Source: Macrostomum lignano
Taxonomy: Eukaryota
DNA: 64,000 bases
Assembly (NCBI GenBank): GCA_002269645.1
Contig: NIVC01000051.1
Coordinates: forward strand, 813,440 to 877,439
Reading direction: 5' to 3'
Within the stretch, counting starts at the first letter, position 1, and the number at the start of each line of letters is the position of its first letter. Made by a program: the position numbers and the translations under genes. Of the stretch, positions 1 to 12,372 are shown in pieces. Below the pieces are notes generated by a model. The model made no database searches and was not told where the DNA came from. It was given only the letters and a program-made list of their open reading frames with translations.

Positions 1-610
1 CATTCAAGTGCCATTATCCACATTTAAGTGTGATTTTCCACATTCAAGTGTCATTTCCACATTCAAATGCCATTTTCCATATTCAAGTGCCATTATCCAC
101 ATTTAAGTGTGATTTTCCACATTCAAGTGTCATTTCCACATTCAAGTGCCATTTCCACATTCAAATGCCATTTCCACATTCAAGTGCCATTTCCACATTC
201 AAATGCCATTTCCACATTCAAATGCCATTTTCCATAATTCAAGTGCCATTTTACACATTCAAGTGCCATTTCCACATTCAAGTGTCATTTTCACATTCAT
301 GTGCCATTTTCCCATCTAAGTACCATTTTTCATATTCAATTGTAATTTTTCACATTCAAGTGCCATTTTCCATATTCAAGTGCCATCTTTCATATTGAAG
401 TACCATTTTCTACATTCAAGTGTCATTTTTCACAAATAAGTGCCATTTTTCATATTCAATTGTAATTTTTCACATTCAAGTGCCATTTTCCATATTCAAG
501 TGCCATCTTTTATATTGAAGTGCCATTTTCTACATTCAAGTGCCATTTTCTACATTCAAGTGTCATTTTTCACAAATAAGTGCCATTTTTCAACATTCCA
601 GTGCCATTTT
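1..610. repeat. 19-20 bp minisatellite (CACATTCAAGTGCCATTT(T)C) with a 120-bp higher-order duplication; intronic in the BRD10-like gene
   Basis: Unit repeats visibly from base 1; blocks 361-420 and 481-540 are near-identical. The right edge is approximate. Confidence 0.9.
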
Positions 611-717
611 TAGGGTTTAAACAGTTTGAACGACAACAATGTCACTCCTATTAAGCATTAAACCCGACACTATAAGGAAACCAATTCAAACGTAGATAAA
701 GCTCTAACAAAGCTTAC

Positions 718-3700
718 GGAATTCCGTTCGAACTCCCGAAACTCGTGCATTACTCGAACTCGCATTCGCCTCTCGCGATGACTGATCTTGGGCGCGGCCG
801 CCTCCCAGTCAGCCTCCAAGGCTACAAATGCGTCTAGCAGCTCTCTGTGCGAGCTGATTTGACTGTTCAGTGCATCGCTGTCCACCTGCGGGTTGGAAAA
901 CAATTCGCGCGTTAATTCCTCTGGGATTTCCCTACTTAAAGTCCCCCTCTGGGATTTCCCTACTTTAACTCCCCCTCTGGGATTTCCCTACTTAAACTCC
1001 CCCTCTGGGATTTCCCTACTTAAACTCCCCCTCTGGGATTTCCCTACTTAAACTCCCCCTCTGGGATTTCCCTACTTAAACTCCCCCTCTGGGATTTCCC
1101 TACTTAAACTCCCCCTCTGGGATTTCCCTACTTAAACTCCCCCTCTGGGATTTCCCTACTTAAACTCCTTCTCTGGGATTTCCCTACTTAAACTCCCCCT
1201 CTGGGATTTCCCTACTTAAACTCCCCCTCTGGGATTTCCCTACTTAAACTCCCCCTCTGGGATTTCCCTACTTAAACTCCCCCTCTGGGATTTCCCTACT
1301 TAAAGTCCCCCTCTGGGATTTCCCTACTTTAACTCCCCCTCTGGGATTTCCCTACTTAAACTCCCCCTCTGGGATTTCCCTACTTAAACTCCCCCTCTGG
1401 GATTTCCCTACTTAAACTCCCCCTCTGGGATTTCCCTACTTAAACTCCCCCTCTGGGATTTCCCTACTTAAACTCCCCCTCTGGGATTTCCCTACTTAAA
1501 CTCCCCCTCTGGGATTTCCCTACTTAAACTCCTTCTCTGGGATTTCCCTACTTAAACTCCCCCTCTGGGATTTCCCTACTTAAACTCCCCCTCTGGGATT
1601 TCCCTACTTAAACTCCCCCTCTGGGATTTCCCTACTTAAACTCCCCCTCTGGGATTTCCCTACTTAAACTCCCCCTCTGGAATTTCCCTACTTAAACTCC
1701 CCCTCTGGGATTTCCCTACTTAAACTCCCCCTCTGGGATTTCCCTACTTAAACTCCCCCTCTGGGATTTCCCTACTTAAACTCCCCCTCTGGGATTTCCC
1801 TACTTGAACTCACCCTCTGGGATTTCCCTACTTGAACTCCCCCTCTGGGATTTCCCTACTTAAACTCCTTCTCTGGGATTTCCCTACTTAAACTCCCCCT
1901 CTGGGATTTCCCTACTTAAACTCCCCCTCTGGGATTTCCCTACTTAATAACCATCTCTGGGATTTCCCTACTTAATATCCCCTCTGGCACTTCCCTACTT
2001 AATACCCCGTCTGAGATTTCCATACTTAATAAATCCTGCTGGGATTTCCCTACTTTATATCCACTTTGGGATTTCCCTACTTGATATCCACTTTGGGATT
2101 TCCCTACTTAATATCTCCCGATGGGATTCCCTTACTTAATATCCACTTTGGGATTTTCCTATTTAATATCCACTTTGGAGTTCCTATTCAATAGATCGTA
2201 TCCCAAGCTTGGATTTCCCTATTCAATATCTGAAGCTTGGATTTCCCTATTCAATATCCCACTCAGGCATTTTCAATCCAACAGAAATTTCTAATGCTTA
2301 CCGCCAATACTGACTTCGATTTGCGTCCGCGTTTACTAATTTTCACGTCGAATTCGTCTTTGCTGCGCTGCAATGCGTCGAGGTCGTCGCGCAGACCCGA
2401 GATGAGGGCGCGCAATTCGGATAGAGTCTGCGCTACTAGCTCGAACTCGGAGGCATTGGGACGCTGCAAATGCGTTACGGAAGGGAGTATGGGACATGTT
2501 AGCACGGTAAGTATGAATTTCAAGACACAGTAAGCCAGCTAAAATACAGACACAAAGCAACACACCTCAATATTAACTTTATACATCTCCTCAATCAGCT
2601 TTTTATCGTTCTCTTCATCCCGTTCATCGTCATCTTCATCAGCTTGAGCCTCGGTTGCCGCAGCCTCCTCGTCCGCCGCTGGTGCCGTAGACGCCGACGT
2701 GGATGCCGAAGCGTCAGCGTTAGCGCTAGCCGTCGAATCGTTATTTTCGTCAGTTTTGTCGTCAACCTTCTCTTCTTCCACTTCCTGCTTCTCCTTGCCG
2801 TTAGTCTCGCCGTTGGCCAGCGACAGCTGGGGCGCCGCTGTCGCTGCCGATTTGTCGACCTCCGAAGCCTCCGTCGTATCCATCGCCTCATGCTCCTCCT
2901 CGCGTTTCAGCACCGGCGGTGGCGGCGTTGACGATTTCGAGTCGGTCGCGGCGTCAGCTTCGGCTTTGACTTCGACATCGTTATCGCCATCAGCTCTACG
3001 TCGATCCGCAAGACGAGAACGTCGACCTCCTCGACCGCTTCTAGTAGTTGAAGTCGAAGTCGATCTAGGAGTCGGCGTCGGCGTGGATGGCGGCGACGCG
3101 GCGGCGGTTCTTCGACGACGACCCCTCGACGTCGATGAAGTTGATTTTGGCGTCGGCGTCTGACACGGCGATGGCGACGCAGCTTTTCGTTTTCGACCAG
3201 AAGCGGCGCCGGCGCCAGCCTTCTCCGGCGTGGGGGTCGCTTTCTTTTTCTTAGAATTCTTTGAAGCGGACTGCTGAACGCAATACTCAATCACAGGATA
3301 TTCGGAGCGCCTGTAGACCCAGTGCCTGGCCTCAAGGTCCAGGCCTTCTAATCGGATATAAACCCACTGACCTACGCTGCCAAGGCGAATCTCTCGATAC
3401 TCTTCTGGCTGGCAGCGTTCGTCTAGTTCGCGTACGAATTGATCGGTGCGGTACAGCAGACAATCGATTAGCGCCTTCAAGATGTGGACTCGCTGGTGTG
3501 GGATGGATTGGGTATATCCGGGTTTGTAACGAGACCCTTGTGACCTTGTCTAGTAGGACAACCCCATTCGCTCTGCTCAATCTATGATAATTAGACAGTC
3601 TCCAAATAAGAGCAACACTTTTAAAATAAAAGTGTTTTACACCCCACTCGGTCAAGCACTATCTATAAAATAAAACAGCCCCCACTCCGCCAAGCACTAT

Positions 3701-6633
3701 CTATAAAATGAGACAGCCACCCCACTCCGCCCAGCACTATTAATAAAAAACAGCAACCCCACCCCACTTCGCCCAGCACTATCAATAAAATAAAACAGCC
3801 ACCCCACTCCACCCAGCACTATCAATAAAATAAAACAGCCACCCCACTCCGCCCAGCACAATCAATAAGATAAACAGCCACCCACTCCATACAGCACTAT
3901 CAATGAAATAAACAGCCTCCCCACTCCGCCTAGCTGTTAATAAAAAACAGCCACACCCCACCCCACTCCACCCAGCACTATCAATAAAAAAACAGCCACC
4001 CACTCCGCCCAGCACTATCAATAAACAGATAGCCACCCTACTCAGCCTCACAATCAAATGTGTAACATAAGAAGTTACAAACCTGAAACAGGCTCAGCTC
4101 GTGAAACATTCTAATCTCCAACGGATTTCTATGACCAACAACGTCGCCAAATTGAGAGCACAAAAAGCTAGTAGCAACTGCTGCAGACTGCTGTTGATTC
4201 AATTCCTGATTATTATCATTAGCTCCAGCCAGGCTGGCCAAATGTCTATAGAATGCGGCGACACGCTGTTTCAATCGATCGTGCCAATGGTGATAGACAA
4301 TAGCGGGCAATGGAGCCCGATTGTAAAACGAATAGGAGGAGCCGCCGCAACCCAGGGCGGCGTTGGCTGCTGCGGCTGCTGCGGCGGCCGCGTCTTTAGT
4401 AGCCCTGGCTAGGCCACATTTTAGTTTAGCGAATAGGCCGCACATGATACCAGTAAGTAGGGCGCTACTCTGAGGCGACAGCAGTGCCAGGTGGATCTCG
4501 CGTACTGTTAGGGCCTGTTGAATTCATAGTTCAGTTTATTGAGACTTTTGGGAGACCCTTATAGGGTGTTTATTGGGCGATGCTAAATTGTTTGATATTT
4601 AAAAACAATGAACCAGGCTATGATATTAAGTAGTGTTTCAATGCATTTCCAAAATCAACAGCTAAGCTAACATTACCTCGGCCAAGCCAGACGCCTGCAA
4701 CCCCAGCATCTCCGGCCCCATCATGAGCAGAAAGTGGGCCACCTCGGCCAGCTCAGCGCAATGCCTCAGGCAGTACTCAGTCTCAGTAGTAGCCAGCGAA
4801 TTTATCCATGATTCAAATTCGCTTAACAGTCGCTCCTCGTGTCGCCTGACTTCCCATCGACGCAGTCGTTCAACAATAGCGGCAATCCGAGCGTCGGACT
4901 CTTCGCGAGAGCCGGCCGCGTCCTCGGTTTCGCGAGCCATGGCCTGCACCGGCAGGCTCTCCCGACAGGCGGCAAATGAACTCAGACCGCCGGTGCTGCC
5001 GCCGGCGTTATTGGCGCCACCACCGCTGGCGCCGGCGCCGATACCCGAAACGACGCGCATCGCGGCGGCGGCCCGACGAGCGACGCGCCATTCAGCGGCC
5101 GGATCTTCGACTAATAAAGCTGGATTATTGTTGGCGCCGCCTTCGTGCAGATAGGAACGAGAGTCAAGCACGGTGCCAAGCGATGCAGCGCCCATTGTGG
5201 CGCCAATGCTGCACCGTTCGCGTAGATCTCTGCATGAGCATTTTTTGCTTATGGATAATTACTAGCGGCTGCGTCAGTGTAAGGAACTAGATTTCCCTCC
5301 TATGAAATCGGGAACGGGATCTAGATATAGGAAATGCAACCAAAGCCTATGTTCTGTCTAAAAACCTCCGTATCTGTATCAGTAGTTACGGCGGCCACCC
5401 CCTTTCCTGCTCCCGATCCTCAGTCCGTCAGATTGATAAAAACTATTCGGTGAATGACAGTTTTCTATCCTTAAAGCAGGGGTCGGCAGATTCTGGCCCA
5501 CAAAGCCTCTCTATCCGGCCCTTGGGTCCCTTAGAAACTTCACAACAGCAATCCGGCCCGTTCAATGTTTATGTCTCTTCTCAACGCTCTTCTCTCCTCT
5601 CTTCCTATCTACAACTTTATCTCTTCTCTCTTATTTCATCTCTCCTTTATTCTTCTCTTCCCTCCTCAGGCTCTCAGTCATGCTCTAGGTTCTCAATCTG
5701 GCCCTTTGAGGTAGACAAACCTCTACAAACCTCAGCATTAACACTGTAAACATTGCTTACCTAGCCAGTAGGCCAATTTTCTGCTCAAACAGTGTCTCCA
5801 TCTTGGTAGCCAACTTTCCCAGCGGACTGTCCACCCCGTTAAACACGTAGCAGTTGAACAGCATTAAACGAAAATCGCACACAAAATCGCCAATTTGAGA
5901 GTACACTGATTGGCCAAATTTTTCTTTCACTGGAAAATAAATAGTATGATGCTTTTGATTTGACTGACACACAGTTATAAAGTTTGCCATTCAGTCATAA
6001 CATATTCAGTCAAATTATCACTGACAGTCAAATTGTCACTGACAGTTAAATTGTCACTGACAGTCAAATTGTCACTGACAGTTAAATTGTCACTGACAGT
6101 CAAATTGTCACTGACAGTCAAATTGTCACTGACAGTCAAATTGTCACTGACAGTCAAATTGTCACTGGCAGTCAAATTGTCACTGACAGTCAAATTGTCA
6201 CTGACAGTTAAATTGTCACTGACAGTCAAATTGTCACTGGCAGTCAAATTGTCACTGACAGTTAAATTGTCACTGACAGTCAAATTGTCACTGACAGTCA
6301 AATTGTCACTGACAGTCAAATTGTCACTGACAGTCAAAATGTCACTGACTGTCAAACTGTCAGACAGTCCAAATTTTGTCAATTTTTGAAGACCTGGACA
6401 CTAAATTTGTAACAGAGCAACTCACTCTTCAGCAGACACATGGGCTCTTTGATCCTGTCATAGTATTCCTCTGCACCTGGCTCGCTGCTATCCACAGGAT
6501 TGATGAACACATAGGCAAGGTGACGCAGCGAGGAGCCAAGAAAGTCTTGCAGAATTCTATAGGCTGATTGCAGTTCAGGACTCCAGGTGTGCAAAGGGGC
6601 ACAGGTTGGCTTGTCACCAGTGCCACTCAGCAT
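718..6633 (-). CDS. BRD10: Bromodomain protein BRD10/KIAA2026-like, 3'-partial (7 exons, 869 codons in window)
   Basis: Exons 6633-6426, 5929-5761, 5229-4677, 4514-4083, 3492-2578, 2463-2302, 885-718; all GT-AG and phase-consistent. Bromodomain: FINPVD..YYDRIKEPMCLLKMKEKF..DFVCDFRLMLFNCYVFN..LFEQKIGLLAR. Downstream blocks (EVAHFL, YHHWHDRLKQRV, NPLEIRMFHELSLFQRVHILKALID, YREIRLG) follow the KIAA2026 order as recalled. The start codon is tentative. Confidence 0.85.
919..2260. repeat. 28-bp minisatellite (TAAACTCCCCCTCTGGGATTTCCCTACT), filling the intron 886-2301
   Basis: About 36 near-perfect units to ~1945, then progressively degenerate units to ~2260. Confidence 0.95.
3630..4035. repeat. 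~40-bp degenerate minisatellite (CCCACTCCGCCCAGCACTATCAATAAAATAAAACAGCCAC), intronic
   Basis: Period of 40 is seen at 3781/3821; about 10 units. Confidence 0.9.
5477..5725. mobile_element. Degenerate hAT (Charlie-type) MITE, same family as 35581-35850
   Basis: Starts CAGGGGTCGGCA and shares the internal order AAGCCTCT..ATCCGGCCC..AAACTTCACAA..CT-rich..CAGTCATGC..CTGGCCC with the 35.6-kb copy; the right TIR is eroded. Confidence 0.7.
6005..6372. repeat. 18-bp minisatellite (GACAGTCAAATTGTCACT), in the intron splitting the bromodomain
   Basis: About 20 tandem units between the acceptor at 5930 and the donor at 6425. Confidence 0.95.
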
Positions 6634-6744
6634 TATGCAGGTATTAATTCCAGTTAGCAATTCATGCATTAAAATTCATGTAAAACTTTATTTGTTTTCA
6701 TTAGTGACTATATTGTTAGAAATTATTTTGCATATATGCTATAT

Positions 6745-6810
6745 GATATATATATACATATATATACATATATACATATATACATATACATATATACATA
6801 TATATATATG
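6745..6810. repeat. (TA)n/(TATACA)n microsatellite
   Basis: Direct reading of the sequence. Confidence 0.85.
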
Positions 6811-7570
6811 ATAAAAAAACACATAATTATGTTAAACATGCCAAATACAAGAATTTAAGACAATAGAAAGAACATTGCTTTTAGGAGGCTAGGCCTACTA
6901 TTAAATTACTATAAGCCTAACTTAATTAGAAAGCTATTTTAAACAAGATATAAAAATTAATATCTATAGCTGGGAGACTATTTTAATATTACTTAAATAT
7001 TTATAAAAAAGTTATATTGTCTAATAATTGCAATATAGAAATATATTCAATATATTTCATTTTCAGTTAAAACAAATTAAATTGTACTAGATTATTTATA
7101 ACTCTAATCTCCTATGAAGCAACCTTGCTATACCCAGTTATAATATGCCTTTTTTCCTTTACTTGGTCATCTCCTTCTCACATTAAAAATCCTAGATCTA
7201 TTACTAATACCTGTCTAAATGCTTCACTTGATTGGATATCTAAATAAATCAAAATTTAAATATGTTTATTCTAGGTAAATGTAAAGTCAGTTAATTAACT
7301 TCTTCCATGCCTTTATTTTGTGTGCACTGAGATAAACTCCGAATGGACAGCAGTGCTGACCATAGACAAATGGGCCTAAATGAGTAGGTCTGCTACACTC
7401 CTCTAAAATCCAATAAAGAACTTACCTAACTATTCGGAGTATCTGTAGATAAAAGCTTCACTGTATGTCTATAATTATCTATGGCCAGTCTCTTCCTTTT
7501 AAGATAAACAAGTCTGTACAGTACAGTAAGCATTTCTCTTTGATTTTTTTGCAACCAAACAAAGTGACTG

Positions 7571-9234
7571 ATGGATCAGCTGCTTACCAGCGACGAGTCT
7601 TTGAGTGACTTGGAAGATTCCTTATCAAGTGAAGAATTTCCTGACGAAGTACTCAAAGAGGCGGGCAAAACTGTTCAGAATGAGGCTTGGAAGGTAGTGG
7701 ACAAACCCACCAATGAGAGAGCTAGACTGTTGCCGGAGTTTCTTGGTGTTCCCAGAGTGCATCTGGAGCCAGGAGTTCAAGGCAATAGCCCGCTTGATTA
7801 CTTTGGCCAGTTTCTAACTGATGAGGCAATCAACCTATTGGTTGAGTTTACCAATGCTCAAGCATAGAAGGAGCTGAGAATACTTGAAGAAGATCAGGAA
7901 GAAGGAAATCAGTGATTGCCTCCAGTTCTTTTTGACTGGAAGGACTGCTCTGCCAACGAGATAAAGAAAGTTATAGCCATCATTTCCTACATGGGAATAG
8001 TGAAAAAGCCCAAAATCCAGAGCTATTGGGTTATTAGCAAGTTTCACGACAATCAATTTTTTCAAAGTGAGAACTGCTTATCTCGCAATCGTTTCTAGCA
8101 GATTCTGTCATTTTTTGGTTTTATGATTGCTGCACAACTGATGCAGCTGACCCATTGTGCAAAATCTGGCTATTTTTGAGTTATGTACAGCAGATCTGCC
8201 AAAGAAAGTTTATGCTTAATAAAGACCTGGCTATGGATGAAGAGCTAGTCCAGCACAAAGGCAGACTGGCTTTCAAGCAATATATCTCAACCAAACGGGC
8301 CAGGTATGGCATAAAAACCTACTGCTTATGCGATTCAAAGACTGGCTACCTTTCAAATATTCTGGTGCATTCAAAAACAGGCAAAAACAACAAATTTGGG
8401 ACCGAAATGGCTGCAAACCATCTCTCCATCAGCAGGCAAATTGTGGTTGAGTTGTCAAAGAACTTGTTCAAACTCAGCTACTGAATTTTTATTGACAGCT
8501 ATTTTTGCTCACACCACCTTGCAAAGTTTCTGCTGGGGCACAACACCTTGGTGACTGGCACAATTTGCTGCAATTGTGGAATTCCACCTGAGCTCCAGCA
8601 GATACGGATGCCAGCTCCATCGCATGGCTGCATGCGATTTGGCAATGTACTGGCTATCAAGGTTACAGACTGCAAAGCCAGTGGTGTGAAGATGCTGTAC
8701 CTCATCGACTCATTTGGTACAGCAGGCAGTGTCCAGCGACAGAGAATTTGTCGAGGTGGTCAGGTTAACGTCGTCAGCAAGCCAGTCTCCATCTTGGACT
8801 ATTCAAAGTGTATGGGAGGTGTCGATAGACTGGACTCTGCACTTCAGCCCTACCATCCAAACAGGAAAATGTACTGCTGGCATCAGAATCTGGGCATCTA
8901 CTTTTTGCTACAGCTGGCACAAAACTCCTGGATTGTGTACCACCTATCCAGAAGATCGAAGAAGTTTTTACCATTCATGGAGAATTTGGTCATCTTGCTG
9001 ATTGACAGCTCAGGACCTGGGAAAAAGTGCTGCGTTTGCCTAGTGCCCGATGTTGATGGAGCTGTGCACCTGCCTGGCAAGCTGCTTGCAACGCCTGAAA
9101 ACCAGCGGCCCACGTGGCATTGCCGAGTCTGCTACCGGAATGGCAGGACTAAGGGGACAGTCTTCGTGCGTGAGCAATGCCAAGGTGAGCCCGGACTGTG
9201 TATTCTTGGTTGCTTCCAAGAATGGCACAGCTAA
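7571..9234 (+). pseudogene. Decayed piggyBac-family (PGBD4-like) transposase
   Basis: Fragments in order: acidic N-terminus, YFGQFLTDEAINLLVEFTN, WKDCSANEIKKVIAI..MGIVKKP, LSRNRF, AMDEELV..KGRLAFKQYI..KRARYGIK, DSYF, YSKCMGGVD and a C-terminal Cys-rich CRVC..C..C. Broken by stops (7865, 8096) and frameshifts. Termini not confidently found. Confidence 0.85.
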
Positions 9235-10632
9235 GCAATTCAATGATCTGCAGCACAGATGACTTTTTCGAACTGGGTTTTTATGTTTTTTTATAATTGG
9301 TAGAATTGATTGGTAGGGTTCTATTTTAGTATGTTGAAAAATAGTCTATATGCAACATTATGTTTATGAGCTTATCAGAATTCTCTTGGAAAGCCATATT
9401 AAATGAGATAAGTGCCCAATAGACCCTAGCAACATAAAACTTTGCATGTCCATGTGACTCAGCTATGCAACTTACATTTTAGTCTGAATAGAAAACTATA
9501 ATTTTTGTACCTTGTCTATGCAGCAATTTATCCCAAAATGTTTTGTTAAAAACTATTTTAGCCTTTGTGTTTGATGCTTCCAGGATATAATTTTGTAGCT
9601 GTGTCATGGTTTATTAACCAAAGTTTAATATATATTCCTACTTTGAATGGCCTTTTTATATGTGCTCATACTATAACAACCATAAAAGCTATCCCCATTT
9701 GAAATTCAGACTGTAAATTATACACAAATAATGGCTCCATGCGTAATTATTGTTCAAAAGGAAATTTATATATAAAGTGAATTTTAGCCGCATTGTTTTT
9801 TATTTAGATGTAAGGATAACTCTGGTTATTATAAAAATATTCATGCCTGTTTTGAGATTGAGACTCAAATAAAATGTTCTACAATTTTTCTGTTGATGCC
9901 ATTCACTCTAAACTTTTTGGTCAGCCACGCTGTTCATTTGGATTTTCAGGCAGTGTTGCAAGTGCAGGCCAAGGCAAAAAGAAAAGGTAAAGTATAGCTA
10001 CAATACTTATAATGCTATTTTTAATAAGATATTTTCAGTTATGCAAAGAGTTATTGCATGATGTCTCTTTTTGAGTATGTATTGATAATTTTGAAATATA
10101 TTCTTTGAAATATTATGCTCAATTTAAAAACATTAAAGAGTTTTGTGACATAGTAATTGTTAATGAATCAGAAGGCAGCAGTAGTTTGCAATTGAATATG
10201 ATTGTGATTGGCTAGCTGTTGTAAGCATTGTCATGATCTCTGACCCCATCCCCACTTCTATCCAATGATAATAATGCATTTGCTTTCCTGTTGCAAAGTT
10301 TATTCATAATAAACAAAAAGTTATTATATAAGTTTAGTTGACATTTGGTAGGGTCTATTGGGTTCATACATGCCCAACCTCAAAATTTCACCCATCTAGT
10401 GCAACTTAGTTTTGTCCAGATTTGCAACTTAGTTCTTCTTGATTGCAATTTAATTTTTACTTTGTGTATGACTTTTCTTGCCTGTTTCTTTTTTCCTTTT
10501 TTTCTTTCTCTCTTCTCTTTCTTTTCTTTCTCTTTTCCCTTCTTTTTTCTTTTTTTTATTCCTTTTCTCCAATTTTTCATTTTTTTCATTTTTAATTTTG
10601 TGACTTACCTTGGCCAATGGCCATTTTACCTA

Positions 10633-12372
10633 CGAGGGATGTTCCATAAGTACTTATACTTTTGCATGCTGCTCAGGAACTACGCAACCAATCATTGTAA
10701 GTTTTATGTCGCTGGAAAGCGGCTTTACTCATCTTTAATCTGTCGCCAAAATCATTTCGTTCTGTCAACTATGTCAAAAGTTACAACAAAAAACGTAGTC
10801 AAAGGTCACCCATAGACTTACAAGAAATTTTCAAAATCAAAACTTCAAAGTTCAGCATGCAGAGTTATTTCGGATTCTACATAATGCATTCTTTTTTGCT
10901 TCATAAGCGAATGCCACACCCTTTTCGTCTATGGAAAATACTGGCCTAAGCTTTCATAGCATCTTAATCTTAAGATCACAGCATCTTAATCTTGTAAAGT
11001 TTCACCACCTTGGCTGCTGCTGCATCACCATGGATGTGAACTCAAGGGAAGGACAGCGCGCTGCAATTTTTACCCTCTGGAAACTCGGAAAAAAGCGATC
11101 AGAGATTTATGCGGATTTATGCAACATTCATGGAGCTAATGCAGTGAGCAGGATGACCGTCTACAACTGGGTTGAGCAGTTCGAAGCAGGAAGGACCAAT
11201 GTTGCTGATTTGCCGAGGTCGGGCCGCCCCTGCACATCAGGCTCTGATGCTCTCACCGATCGAATTCTTGATCTGCTGGACGAAGATTGTCGGCTAACGA
11301 TTCGACAGATTGCAGATAGACTGGACACGCCGAGCACAACTGTGCATCGCTGCATGGACTTTGTCAAGCTGACTGCTCGTTGGGTGCCACGCCTACTCAC
11401 CTCGGACTTGAGACTGCAGAGGCAGCAGATTTGTCAGGCCAATATTTGGATGATGGAAGAATACGGTGGTTGGGATCTCTTCCATCGAATGATAGTCACT
11501 GGAGATGAAACCTGGATTCCCCATTTTGATCCACCAACGAAACGTGATTCCCAGGTCTGGATGCTGAAGGGCTCTGATCCTCCGGTAAAAGCTCAAAGGG
11601 ACGCACATGGAAAGAAGATCATGCTGTCTCTGTTTTTCGACTGCAATGGTCCTCTAACTGTCGAGTTTTTGGAGCCAAACACTACAATAAACTCTGAGCG
11701 CTACGTTGAAACGCTAACAAAGCTGCATCATGACATCCAGAACAAGCGTCGTGAAAATCCCAGACCTTTCATTCTTCATCATGACAATGCAAGGCCTCAT
11801 ACAGCACAAAAGACAGTCGAGGCAATCAGCAAGCTGAATCTTCTACCTCACCCTCCTTACTCTCCAGACCTGGCACCAGCAGACTTTGCTTTATTTCCAG
11901 AGTTGAAGCGCCATCTGAAAGGACGCGTGTACGAGACCAGGAACCAGATCGAGGAGGAAGTCCGCAGAATTCTGCTGTATGTCATCCCCCGACAGCTGTA
12001 CGCAGAAGCCATCAAAAGCATGTTTAACAGGTGGACCAAGTGCATCAACTCCGGTGGAAACTACGTTGAGAAGGTGTCGGTACCGACTGAGGATGAGTGA
12101 CAAAGAAGTCAAACTTTCTGTCATCAACAACGCGCCTCTGTTTTCATGCTTGCCATTGTAGTTGTTGCTCTTTAAATTTTTTTGTAAGTCTATGGGTGAC
12201 CTTTGACTACGTTTTTTGTTGTAACTTTTGACATAGTTGACAGAACGAAATGATTTTGGCGACAGATTAAAGATGAGTAAAGCCGCTTTCCAGCGACATA
12301 AAACTTACAATGATTGGTTGCGTAGTTCCTGAGCAGCATGCAAAAGTATAAGTACTTATGGAACATCCCTCG
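10633..12372 (+). mobile_element. Tc1/mariner-family DNA transposon, 1740 bp, 191-bp TIRs, TA target duplication
   Basis: TIRs 10633-10823 and 12182-12372 read as exact reverse complements; TA at 10631-10632 and 12373-12374; internal transposase ORF. Confidence 0.95.
11030..12100 (+). CDS. Mariner transposase (356 aa; uninterrupted ORF)
   Basis: HTH region, PRSGRP, ARWVPRLL, IVTGDETW, HHDNARPH, HPPYSPDLAPADF. The ORF can extend to an ATG at 10931, but family similarity begins near the ATG at 11030. Confidence 0.9.
   Translation: MDVNSREGQRAAIFTLWKLGKKRSEIYADLCNIHGANAVSRMTVYNWVEQFEAGRTNVADLPRSGRPCTSGSDALTDRILDLLDEDCRLTIRQIADRLDTPSTTVHRCMDFVKLTARWVPRLLTSDLRLQRQQICQANIWMMEEYGGWDLFHRMIVTGDETWIPHFDPPTKRDSQVWMLKGSDPPVKAQRDAHGKKIMLSLFFDCNGPLTVEFLEPNTTINSERYVETLTKLHHDIQNKRRENPRPFILHHDNARPHTAQKTVEAISKLNLLPHPPYSPDLAPADFALFPELKRHLKGRVYETRNQIEEEVRRILLYVIPRQLYAEAIKSMFNRWTKCINSGGNYVEKVSVPTEDE

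Noticed and set aside
30-398. Repeat-derived ORFs here and at 5975-6389, 20701-21686, 37897-38127, 42812-43162, 49919-50528, 52295-52778, 53961-55542, 56732-57152, 58432-58934, 61140-62714 and 63280-63997
   Set aside because: Their periodic translations simply mirror the minisatellite units, most lie in introns, and many use non-ATG starts.
2595-3290. Arg/Ser-rich overlapping ORFs on both strands
   Set aside because: These are shadow frames of the GC-rich low-complexity BRD10-like exon 3492-2578.
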